A stretch of 64,000 nt of DNA from Nageia nagi (taxonomy: Eukaryota > Plantae > Pinophyta), in contig JBITNC010000001.1 in assembly GCA_050084985.1 (NCBI GenBank), positions 142,600,001 to 142,664,000 of the forward strand, read 5' to 3'. The translations under genes were made by a program, and so were the position numbers. Below the pieces are notes generated by a model. The model searched no databases. It was given only the letters and a program-made list of their open reading frames with translations, and was not told the DNA's origin. Positions 47,561-60,300 of this stretch are shown in pieces; position 1 is the stretch's first letter; each line of letters begins with the position of its first letter.

Positions 47561-50002
47561 GGACTTGTCACTTAAAGACAAAATTGGTCAAATCTCATTT
47601 TTCCATTTACAATTCCAAGTGCTCTTCTCATGTTTTAGCCTCTAGTGTTAAATACTTAGTTTAAATTATGAATTTGAATATTGTAGTTCATTTAAAAAGG
47701 GTATTGCTTATTTAAAATTTAGAGAAAATACATGTGAACTTATTGTATAGTTTGTATATATATGGTTGGTGAGCTTATTGGATAATTTGTCTATATCTTG
47801 TTGGATGTATGTGGATAAGGGAGTAAATGATTTAATATTTAGTTGAGAATTTGGCTTATAGACTTTGTAGATTATTTTGAAAGAATGGAATTATTTATTT
47901 ACAAAGCTTGTCATGATAATAAAGGTTACTTTATTTTGGATTAATGTTAATGGTATCTTGTGAATGGTATAGTGATTTCATTTGACACATTTTTATGTAT
48001 TAGAGTACTTGGAGTATAAGTACAAGTAAAATAAAAGTATGTTAAATGAATAAGAGTCATAGGGTGATTTTAAGACCTTAATTGGGCTATCATTTTGTTA
48101 ATTATTTTCATGAGTGAGCTTGTCATTTTGAAACCCTATCAATCGATGAAATTTCTTTTTCTTTAGTATCAAATATGAAGTTATAATGGACACCACTAGA
48201 TACTCGTTTATTTGCTATGTTCTCCCTCAAATTTCTATAGCTTGACTCAAAATAGGTGAAAGGAAACTACCCTACTATGAAGGTCTTGCAATATGGGTAT
48301 ACTTGAGAAAACTAGGTCAACACATTCTTTAATTAAGAAGAGTTGAAAATTACATTTGAAAATTGGGATATTTTCCTCTATACCTAAAAGTTGATTGCCT
48401 TTGGGAGAACACATATGTATATAGTCAAACATGAGACACTTCCCTCTCTCTACTAATCTGAAGTGTACAAATTAGGAGACCAACTAGAATAATTGCCATG
48501 TTGATACATCTCTTATAGAGCTGGAGCCTCAAACTAAAATTTCCCTTTGAAAGTAGGCCAACAAACTCATTCATCATGGAGTGATCTTTCTCTTCTGTCA
48601 ATAGGTATGAGAACTAGAAATAGATTCACTTCTCCTTCCATCCCATATCAATTTATATCTAGCATGAGTTGAATTAAAACTAAGTTGAGAGGGAGGCCTA
48701 GGAAATACTAACATAGTAAAGTAATTTTCTATCTCACCATAGGAAAGTGGCATAGATACTACAACTATATCCATAAAGAGCTCAAACTGGGAGACACATA
48801 TATAATCCTTTTGAATACAATCATTCTTCTCTATGATGAAGGATATTAAGGAATGACCCATTTTCCTTTCATTGGAATAGTTTAAATCTTCTTTCTAGCC
48901 ATCCAAAGAAGTAGTCTCTTTTATTTTCTCACCATGAATGCTAATGGATATGGGAGAATATTACTGATGGATGCTAATATATGATATCCTTCATATGAAA
49001 GTAGAGGCTCCTCCCAAATGCATCACACAATGGTATTAAAAATTTTATCAATAAAGTTTAAGCATAGATAATAATATCAAAGGAATATATATACGCTTTC
49101 TACTATTCTCGATTTAAATGTTTCATTAAACCTTGACTACTTCCCATAAAATTTACTTTAATTTTTGTTTGATTATGTCACTTGTTGTGTGACAAGGGAA
49201 ATAAAAGATATTTGAGCTTTATAATAGTCCTATTATTAAGATAATCATGATAATAGGAATATTTTTTTAAAATATCATGATTACCTCTTTAGTATATCAA
49301 TGATAAATGAGTTTGATTTCCTCTTTAGTTTATTAAAAAAAATGAGAAATACGAGGTTTAAGAGATTACATAATTTTGGTACATTAGAAATTTGTTTGAA
49401 TTCACCATTTGAAGATCATAATAGATTTATAATAAATATTTGAATTGGTTTGTACTAAATAAAAAAGTGAATAGTGAAATTATACCCTATGATCAACAAA
49501 GGGAGGCAATTCTAGTGAGAACATAAAACCTCTTGAGATCAAAGAATTGGGTATTGATTGTTGATAATAAACTACTACATGTAGAAGATTAAATGTTTGA
49601 AATATGATACATCTAGGGTAGGATGCATTTTGGTCATCAAAAGAGTTGTCCTGATCCTTAAATACTATAAAAAACCTCTCCTAGTACTTTTATCCAACAA
49701 GTATTGGATCCTTGGGATGAACGTGCAAGATAGAGGTGCCTTGAAGATGCATCAAGAAGAAAAATATGTATTTAAGACCTTTTTTTTATCTATTTATACA
49801 AAGTTATAATGTAAAATCCTCATGTTGAATATATAGGAACCCACATGTAATTAAATACATCATACACTATGATGTACATCCTGGTCAAGTCACCAATTAG
49901 TGATCTAAAATTAGATCATCTCATCAAAGAAAAATAAATTTTCTACATCAAAGAGTTCTTTATCATGATCTCATTGATTCAAACAATGGAAAAATCCAAT
50001 CC

Positions 50003-53000
50003 TGTATGTGTGAGAAATGTGTTTTCAAAGTTTAGGTATTTTTTATTAAAAATACAAAAGGTAAAAAAGTAAGTTTCAAGTTCTTATTTTTATTTCTTTT
50101 ATTACATAATGTTGTAGATCTATTCTTTCTATTTCTAGTACTTTTTACAATTTGTGAAACCGACCTCATGATCAAAAGTTATTACATTTTGAAGTTTGCA
50201 ATTTTTTTAATAAAATGGGGGGCATTTGAAAGCCCATTAGTGTGAGGGGGCATTTTGGAGGCCAAATAGAGTGCTTAGTCTTTTTTTTTTTTAAGATTTA
50301 CAAGTCGCCAAGTGGTTCCATATCATTGGATCCACCTAGTAATTTGATTTTTGCAAGATTTGAAGGTTTTAAAGGTGTTTGGTTTATTTTTATTGATGTT
50401 TTGGCTTATTTTTGGGCTGAGAATATTTGTAAGCCTATGTTTCCAAAGAGCTTATTTGTTTGAGTTTGAAATCCAATTATGGAAGCTTGGCTCAATCAAT
50501 TGAGCCCAAATATGAGTTACAAGCATATGGGAATATTGGGAAATCATGTTTGTTAGTAGTTATGGCTATTCTAGAGGCGACCAGGTGGAGATGAGATTGG
50601 TTGATGGCCAAAACCAAAATTGTCTTTATGGGGTGTAATTCTAGTAAATTGGTTGTTAATACATTTTTTTTTTGTTATAAAAGGAAGACTATTTTTTTTT
50701 CTTTTTTTTTGTGACACTGTTACTAGTCTATGAGAGGAAAAGGAGTGAAGAGATAGAAGGAGAAAAATACCAAGTATTGTAATAGTGAGACAAATCAAGG
50801 AGAGCTTTGGGTAAAATCTTTTATGGTGTATTTATTTTTCTAGTTCATTTTTTTTTGCTACCACACTTGGAAATTTGTTTCTTTCTAATGTGAGATAATA
50901 AGGCAAAATTTAAATAATCCATACCTGATAACATATCAGAATAGATCGATTAGGGTTACCTTAGTCTTGATGTGTTGCTATCATCATAAAATACATTAGG
51001 GTATGGAATAAAGATATTACCCATTGCTATATAGTCAATTGTTAAACAAATGTAATTATGTATTAATTTATGTACCAAGGTAGATAGCCCTTGTGTCCAT
51101 GATACACTTGTAAGAAATTTATGATGATCTAAGAACCAAGTATGTTTTGAATCATCTAATTTTTGACTTTATAAATGGATCTAATAAATTTATGAGACTA
51201 TTTTTAAAAAATAATTTCTTGAAAGGTTAACTAATATATTGATACATGAACCCTAGTGTGTTCAAGTTATTTACAAATACAAAGTAAATATCACAATAGA
51301 TTCCCTAACCGAATTGTAATATGATTATTGTAACACATGGATAACTTGACATTGAAAGGGAAACTCCCTTGTAAAAATTAATAAAATTATTGGGTAAAAT
51401 AACATTTAATGACTCATTATGACAATGAAATGATGGTGTTGTGTTCAAGAAAATACACATCCATGAAAGGTTAAAATGACCAAAGCATGAGTTACTTACA
51501 ATACTTTGGAGTGATATAAATAGAATGGTAAGGTCTTGATACTTATCTCAAACTTAAACAAGATGTTAGGGTTTTTAGTTGATCCTACAAAGACACATAA
51601 TCAATAAGCTAAAACCCTAAAAGGAAATTAAAAGGGAAAGGAGACCTCAAACCAATATTAGGAGTTGATCAAAGGATATGATAAGCATACAAACAAACTA
51701 GTTAAGAATTAAGAACTATGAATGATTATAACATTGAAAGAAAACTTAGTCAAACCCATGTTATCATAATTTTGCTAAATAATAACAAAAATATATTCAA
51801 TGAGTATGTTATACTCTACATTGCACTCCCTTGTTAGAAGTAGCCACTTTCAAAGGTATCTAAAGGCTTATTATTTTTCTTTGGCATGTGATGTACTTTT
51901 AAAGTAATATTCTTTGCATCGCATCATGCATATGGGATATTTATAGTAAAGTACTATTGAATATTATTTGATGGCTTCATGAATAAGCTTTTCTAAAACT
52001 TCTTATGCATGTTTTATGAAATTACTATGTTTGTTTACCAAACATGATTGATAATGTGAAAAGTGGTCTGGTTTGTAATTAATTTAGATTGTAAGAACAT
52101 CCTATTGCTTGATTCAAGCATGAAACCTAGAAAACCTAATAATTGGTATAGAATAAATTATTTCTATGGTCATTAGTGTGGGGATGGTTCTCTTTATAAT
52201 CTTGCTTTAAAATTTATCAAACTATACAAACCACTTGAGGGTATTATTATAATACCCATGGCTCCCCAAGATATGGTAATTGGGATATCAAACATCATGG
52301 TGAGCCTAGTTGATAGATATGGGTAGGCTAGTGTCCCATATGCTTGACAAGTTATCAAATGAGGGTAGTAGTTGGTAAAAATTTAGTAATTAGGTGAGGA
52401 TAATTACAAGTCATACTACCTACAGTTTAGCAAATAGGAGTATAATGACTATTCCATAGGAAATGGTGATTACCATAAGGAAGATTTCATAGGAAAATCT
52501 ATTTGCACCTATGAATTGGAGGGTTACCATACAAAAAAGATGCATAACCTTGTGTATGAGCATTTTATTGGGTGATCTAGGTGCCAAGTAGGAAATCACA
52601 ATGTTGTGAATAGAATATCCATTGCATAGTTCATGAATAGAAATGGTGGGGTCACCCATGTGGCATTTTCTAACAGGATGAGCATTGAGAAGTGATCACT
52701 AGAAGGATTTTGATCAAGATTGGTTAATCCAAATTTGGCCAATCTTGATATATGGGTGCTAACTAGATACCAATGTTGACATGCTCATGTGGATTGCCTT
52801 ATCCATTCCTAGACCATTCAAATGTTTAAATTAAATAAAAAAATAGGTTTGAAATTTTAGAGTTTTGTAAAGTTTGAAATAGGTGAAGCATTAGATTGAT
52901 ATTAGAGCATCAAGTATAAACCCTCAAGCCTATGGTCCATGACTATTTTGTTGTAAGAGTTTAGGATGTTGATACAAGTATGCTTGAGCCTAATGAAAAC

Positions 53001-56000
53001 ACCACTTTATGAACTCAAATTATGGCACTCCCAATACATGTAATAAGAGCTTTTGGTAACCTACACCAAGGTGTTGGGAATGGTCTCCCTATGAATATAA
53101 ATGCAAGGGAAAATAGAAGGAATATTAGAGGAAGGAATTCAAGGAATAAGAACTTGAGGAATGTCAATAGAAGGGCACTAAATAATAATGAACCTAAAGT
53201 TCTACAAGTCATTACACTAGGAATAATGATGATGAAGAAACCATTAAAAGGTTACAAGAGTAGGTGGTGGAATAATAAGATATTATCAATAATATGATAA
53301 ATTAATTGGTTGAAATTCCACCAAAAGAACATGTTTTAGATCAAGAAAGGCTTGAAGGGACAAATGACCAAATTTAGGTTAGGATTGAACATGAGCTTAC
53401 TTCAAATCTTAAGAAAGCTTAGATCCCAAAGTTTAATGGTAAGCAAGATGGCAAGCAAGTTGAGGTATGGTTAGAAGAAGCATAGGTATACTTCTATATG
53501 AAGAACTTATATATACAAACCAAAATAGTTTGGGCTACTTATAATTTTGAGGACATTGCACTAGAATGATGGAATGCTTACAAGATTGAGTATGGGATTC
53601 AATATCTTAAGTGGTCAGACTTTGTTGTAGCATTTTGCAAAAGATTCATTCCCCAAATCTATTATGATAAAAATTATGAAGAATAATATACCTATAAACA
53701 AGGATCATGAGTATACAAAGCTATTACCATAAATTTATCATGCTACTCAAATATTTTCCCAAAGATAAGAATCATATGAAGTTTCATAGGTTTCTTATTA
53801 GGCTAGACCTCGAGATCAAGATTGTGATGAATGTGTTAAGCTCTAAAATACTCAAAGAAGCATATGACCTTTTGAAAAGAGAAGAGGGTAATTTGAGCAT
53901 CAATAAAACCTTCATAAACTATAATCTTTTGGATGAAAAAGATTAGAAAATCTACTAAAAGAGTAAAAATGTAGGATTCTTGATATGGGAATAGAAATAA
54001 GTCTAGCATCCAAGCAACAAGAAGATCAAGGATAATAATCATGGTCATAAAGATGGAAATCCACCCAAGTTTGAGAAAAGGCCATTTGGAAACAAAAATA
54101 ATAAAAAGGAGAATTTTCAAAGGAAAAATCACTAGTTTTGAAAATAAAAAGTACAACCATAGGAATGGAAGCCAAGGGTCCCTGAACCATAGTCAAGGGT
54201 TTTTAGGCAAAAGGACTAACTAGAATGTACCCATGGATAAGTTTTTGAAATAGAAAAAGGATCATAGAGATGGATATTGGAAATATGATGGAGCTCATTA
54301 TACAAATAAGTGATCTTTGAAGACAAATCAGCCTAAAGAGCTCCATATTTTTGTAGCTATCGGATCAATATAGACTAGAAGATAAGCCACTCCCCTTCAA
54401 ATTTTGGGTAAAGTATCTAATATGTATTTTAAGGTTTTGATAGATTGTGGTGCTACAATTAGTTTTATATCAAATTCCTTAGTTAAAGATGTGTCTAATG
54501 CATCCAAATTTTTGACAAACATATGGCAACTAGAGTTTGGATCTGGATATAAGTACCTTGTTAGAAAGTATTTTAGGGATGCTAAAATAGAATTATGCAA
54601 GGGATCTACTATTTGGGATTTGTATGTGGTTCCATTAGCCTCTTAAAATATGATTTTGGGCATGTATTGGTTAATGGCTTATAAATCTTGAATCAAATTT
54701 CAAGAAAGATAGGTAGAATACACTGATGAATCTCAAACTTGATATAAGGTCTAAAGTGATCAAGGACCTTTTGAGTCTTATTTGATCACATCAATCCAAG
54801 TAAAAAGAAGTATAAGAAAAAGGGAGATGATATATGTAGTCAAAGTTAAAAAGGTTTATCAAAATAAGAAGGATGTAGAGCTCCTAAATAAGTACCCTTT
54901 GTTACGAGAATATAAATATGTATTCCTTGATGACCTACCAAGATTACCCTCAAAATAAGAATTTGCTTTCTCAATAGACCTGGTACCTAGAGTAAATCTT
55001 ATTTCTAAAACTCCATATAGAATGAATACCATTGAGATGCAAGAGTTGAAAGTACAATTGCAGGATCTCTTAGAAAAGGGGTTGATAAAATCTAGTGTAT
55101 CACCATGGGGTGCTCTAGTGTTATTTATAAAGAATATTGATGGTATCTTAAGGTTGTGCATAAATTATGAGATGCTAAATAAAGTCACCATAAAAAATAG
55201 GTATCCATTACCTAGGATTGATGATTTATTTCCTCAACTTAAGGATGTTGCTATCTTCTCAAAGATATATTTAAGATCAAGATGCCACCAATCGAGGATC
55301 AAGAGTTTATATACTCATAAAATAAATTTCAAACTAGATATGGGCATTATGAGTTTATGGTATTTCCCTTTGGATTGAATAATGCTCTTGCAACATTCAT
55401 GAATTTGATGAATAGTGTGTATTGGGAGTATATTGATAAGTTTGTGTTGATATTTCTTAATGACATCCTCATATGTTCAATAAATGAGAAGGATCATAAC
55501 CATCACTTGAAAATGGTTTTATAAGTATTAAGGAAAAATTAGTTATATGGAAAATTATGAAAATGTGAATTTTTTGTCTCATAAATTTAATATTTAGGCC
55601 ATATCATTTCTATAAATGGAATCTTAGTTGATCCTAAGAAAGTAGAAGTAATAATGAGTTAGCCTACACCAATAAATATGACTAAGGTAAGAAGTTTTAT
55701 GGGGTTATTTGGATATTATCAAAGGTTTTTCAAGGAATTCTCAAAAATAGCCAATCTCATCACTAGCCTTTAGAAAAAGAATAAGGTATTCAAGTGAACA
55801 AAAAATTGTGAGAAAGTTTGTACTATCCTAAAAGAAAGGCTTATCATAGCCCCTATTCTCACCATCCCTGATCCACATGGGAATTTCTCATTATGCAAGA
55901 ATGCTTCATTGAAAGGTTTGGGTGGCTTGTTGTCACAGAATGGAAAACTAGTAGCATATGAATCTAGAAAACTAAGAATCCATGACATGAATTATGAAAC

Positions 56001-56724
56001 CCTTGATATTGAGTTGGTGGTTGTATTCCATGCACTTAATATGTGAAGACATTATCTTTTGGGAAATCCCTTCAAACTTGAGATAGACCATCAAAGTTTA
56101 AAGTATTTGTTCACTCAATAAGATTTAAATGCTCGATAAAGGTGATAGATGGAGTTCTTAGCTAAGTATGACTTTATCATTGAATATATTGAAAGTAAAG
56201 AGATTAAGGTGGCAAATGCTTTAAGTCATTAATGACATATAAACACCATGAAAAGGAGTCTATATTTGATTTATTTGAATAAGTAAAGGTTCTATAGTAA
56301 GAAGATCCATATTGCAAATCTATTTAGGAATTGATAGGGAAAGGTACCACATCATCCCAAGATTATTTTGAAAAATATGGAGTCCTTTATTTTAAGGACA
56401 AATTCTTCATCCCAGAGAAGGATGATTTAATTAATTTGATCATGCAAGAATCCCATCATCCTCCTTATGTAGCACATCCTAGAGGTACAAAAATGAGAGA
56501 GAATTTGAAACAAAGTTTTTATTGGGATGGTATGATGAGAGACATAGAAACATTTGTGGCTAGATATCTTGAATGTTAGAAGGTAAAAGTAGAACATCAA
56601 CATCTAGATGGATATTTATATCCATATTATGTTCCTACATATAAATGATAGGTAATTTTGATGGATTTTATCATTCATTTTCCAAAAACCAAGTTCCATC
56701 ATGCCTCAATTTTGGTAGAGGTTG
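50003..56724 (+). mobile_element. Ty3/Gypsy chromovirus-type element D (related to C), interrupted in integrase; 5' LTR ~50003-52895 with uncertain start
   Basis: Degenerate LTR end GCATTAGA and PBS TGATATTAGAGC (52897-52908); TATA-like TTATAAAAGG at ~50676; gag-pol follows and is collinear with C. Confidence 0.8.
53022..56724 (+). pseudogene. Element D gag-pol pseudogene (gag, PR, RT, RH, N-terminal INT)
   Basis: IPKFNGKQDGKQVEVWLEE; PR VLIDCGATISFI; [14 protein letters not shown] and [13 protein letters not shown]; RH VAYESRKL; INT ESHHPPYVAHPRGTKM...FYWDGM and MDFI. Breaks at HASILVEV. Confidence 0.93.
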
Positions 56725-57326
56725 TGTAGATGCATAAAATTGAATTATTATTTATTAAATAATTCATTTTAGAACATCAATGATGTATTATGTAAATGAG
56801 GGGTTAAAAAAATACCCAATACTATGTAATCTATGTAATGGACCATTATACTATGTACAAGCAATCAAAAAGATCTAAATCATGTAAATATGTTATCATA
56901 TATAAAGGCATCAAAGATGACTTAAAAGGTTATGAGAAAATGAATATGAGGAGGATTCTAAAGAGATTCTAACAAATGTTATATCACTTTGTTATACACA
57001 AATATTATTTTCATATTACATCTTATGTTTGCAATCTGATGAATCTTTCATTCACTTGTCATTACATTCTTTATTGCATCTATATTATTGCATATTTTAG
57101 ACTACTAATGACATACCTCATCTAGGATGCTAATGGCATGTGCATGAATGAATGTATTCTCATATTTTATGGATATTGATCTTAATGGATTAAGCATACA
57201 CATTAATAAAAGGTACATATACTCCTATCATTTATTATTTTAATATTTCAAATATTTGGGACAATAAAAACATTGTAGCCAAATAGTGCATCAATTTCCA
57301 TATTTATGCATTCTTTTGGGACTACA
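56725..57326 (+). repeat. 5' LTR of Tat B (602 bp)
   Basis: TGTAG...CTACA inverted termini; TATA-like CATATATAAAGG at ~56898; starts exactly where the host INT frame breaks. Confidence 0.85.
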
Positions 57327-57329
57327 TTT

Positions 57330-57340
57330 TGGTGAACTCA
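57330..57340 (+). promoter_or_regulatory. Primer-binding site, probably tRNA-Trp
   Basis: TGGTGAACTCA versus TGGTGAACCCG, the complement of the plant tRNA-Trp 3' end as recalled. The differences are transition mutations. Confidence 0.55.
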
Positions 57341-57389
57341 TCAGTTAGATTTATCTTTTCCTTCTAGCAATATCTTGTGAACCTATGTC

Positions 57390-60300
57390 ATGGAGATACA
57401 TTGCTAGCAATGTGCACCTCTATTCCTAAGATGTGAACAACGTATACATGGAGTAAATTATGTAGCTCCTTCAAGAATTGAATATGAATATGGTTGAATT
57501 ATGAAAATAAATGGCAATAATCAATAGTTCAGGTAGTTTGGCATTTGGTCCCTCCATTCAAGTTGGACCTACAAATATCACACAATAATAAAGTTTGGAT
57601 GAATATGATGGTGTCTTCATTTCACCCTTTACTATGGTGATCCATAATTTTCCCCTACCACTTGATCATAAGTCCCCCAAATTTGAGATGTTTAGCGGCA
57701 AATAGGATCCCAAATAACATCTTATTAGCTTTCAGGAGGAATGCTTATTGAAGTTAGGATTGTAAAATTCTTCACAAGGAGTTTGAAAGGTGACATTAGT
57801 TAATGGTTCTATAGCCTACCTAGTGGATTGATTGATTCTTTCCAAGCATTAGTTAAAGTCTTCATGGGATAATATAAGCACAACATCAAAGAACAAAGCA
57901 ATGTTTTGGAATTATGTGCAATTCAATAAGGAAGTAATGAAACCTTGGAGAATAATATTCCATGGTTCAAAAAGGTATGGCAATCAATTCAAAGCAAATT
58001 AGATGAGAATAAAATTTGTGCTATTTTTCATGAATCTATCATACTTGTTATTAAGTTACATGCTCCTAGTGCTAAAGATATTGGTTTTGGAGTATTAGTT
58101 CAATAATTATTGCAAAAAATAAGAAATTATTATCATTAGGTGAGCTCAAGTATTCCTCTAGTTCTTGTTTTAAATACAATAGAAGGACATATGCCAAGAA
58201 AGAATAGAAAGTGGTGCATATGGCTGTAGACCTACTTCTCCCCCAAAATTGCAAAGATCCACCACCACAAGGAAGAACACATACATATTTCCTATTCAAA
58301 CACACTTTATTCTAAGAGATATCTTGAAAAGAGGATTGTTGCAGCCTATCAAAAGGTCTTCTCAATATGATGATGCTCCTATGGGATATTTTGATGCTTA
58401 TTGCACTTAAAATCAAAGAAAAGGGCATGCCAAATATTTTTGTAAAACATTAGATATGGTTATATTTAATCTTATTGAAAAAGGAAAATATTAATTAGAT
58501 GAAACTATTACCAATTAAGGTCCTACAATCAATACAATCACTATTGAAAAGGAGATTTGTGCTTGCTTGAGAAGAGGATGTCCATGGCATGTTCCAAATC
58601 TAGTTACAATAGAATAAGTACATATCCCACCTGATCCTAAGTTATATAACATGATTTATCAATTAAAAAATATATCTACAAAAATTAGTTTATATGATCT
58701 TATTTCTACTTCTCAAGTACATAGGGATATATTATATGCTTTATTTAAAAATGAAACTATCTCTACTAATATCTCAGCTGCTATGTTTTCTAAAAAACTT
58801 AGACCCATTAAAAAATGTGATGCTATTTATTTTTACTAGTCTAAAAAGCTCAATAAATAATTTCTTAATGAATGCTTATCCTTGTACATTACACCTATGG
58901 TTGATGGATGGGAAGTTAAGAGAACAATGGTAGATAATGGCTTCATTGTAAATTTATGTTCTCATCATTTTCTGATCCAATTGCAACAAAAAGGTGTAGA
59001 GATTTCTCCTTTAGAAGAAGCTAACTTTATAATTAAGGCCTATGATAGCTCATTAAAGAAACTATTATGAATAGCTACAATCATGATAACTATAGGTGTC
59101 AAGACTATATCAACTAAGTTTTAGGTTGTAGAATCCAAGTTTTCATACAACATACTTTTAGGAGGCCTTGGCTTCATGATATGGATGCAATTCCTTCCAC
59201 ATTACATGGTATATTGAAGTTCAAATTACAAGATAAAGTGCATATAATCATTGGAGATCCTGAACCATATGCATTGTGTAATACCACTAATTTTGAGGTT
59301 CTTCCAATGTTAGCTCAACGATATGAGATTAAGCCCCTAGAATATGCTACACTAGGGAAAAATATAGATAAATAGGTACAAATCACAAAAATAGGGATGA
59401 GGACCTATAGGTTTGATAATGTGGTCCTATTTGCATCCATTAAAGACTTAGGATGACCCAAAATGTTTGCTATTGAGGGCCACCAATGATATGAAAATGA
59501 TGGAGATAGTGATCATTACTTCTCTATCTTATCCAAAATAATAGATCGCTCAACCTCAATGGACATGCCATCAAATTTTGATATGTGTAAGATATTTCCA
59601 TCTTCTTTTGTTCATAAGTATATGATTCAAAATTGCAAATACAAATGGGGAGGCTTGGGTACAACTAAACAAGGAATGCCTACTTTTCCTAATAATTCTA
59701 GTGCATAAATGGAAAAACAGGGCTTGGGTAGTGATGGTAAGGAAAAATAAACATGGGGTCCCATTAAGTTTGTTAAAGAATGAAATTTCATTGAATTATT
59801 TGATGATATTGATGTAGATACATGGATTGATGATACTATACCTCTTGAATTTGATTATTTTACCACTGATGATGATCTTCTTGAATACTTGGGGGCACAT
59901 TTAGAGCTTCCCAAATCTAATGATAAACAAAAAGCAAGCTATATCCTTAATGAGTATGCTTATTTTGGTCAAGAGATAAATTTGCATAAAGTATTGTAGG
60001 TATAGCCATTCGATGTAGCTACTAATGAGGTACCAAGGATAGAAGAATTACGATCCCTATTGCAAAAGAAAGAATACCTTACATTTCCATAAGATAAGTT
60101 TATCCATATCAACATTGACACTTTTAATGAAGAATGATTAGTACAAATTAGAGTAGGCCTACCTCCTTTACAACAAGAAAGGTAAAAAAATAAGTGTATT
60201 GAGCATTCTAAATTTTTTTCTTGGTCTTATGATCATATTCTAGGTTTAGATCCTTCCTTTGTTATGCATAATTTACCATTAAAATAGGGAACTAAGCCAA

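Larger units (their letters stand above)
45581..47645 (+). mobile_element. Possible Helitron 3' fragment (alternative: CACTA right end at 47647)
   Basis: A decayed hairpin AAGTGC-TCTTC-TCATGTT (47617-47634) followed 7 nt later by CTAG|T (47642-47646). Internal minisatellite and subterminal repeats. The same bases also read ...CTAGTG, the reverse complement of CACTAG. No helicase or transposase seen. Confidence 0.4.

Noticed and set aside
48170-49990. Slightly GC-richer, ORF-like stretches (48247-48432, 48598-48861, 49597-49809)
   Set aside because: No recognisable motif or element boundary in the frames I read; probably very old TE debris, left unannotated.
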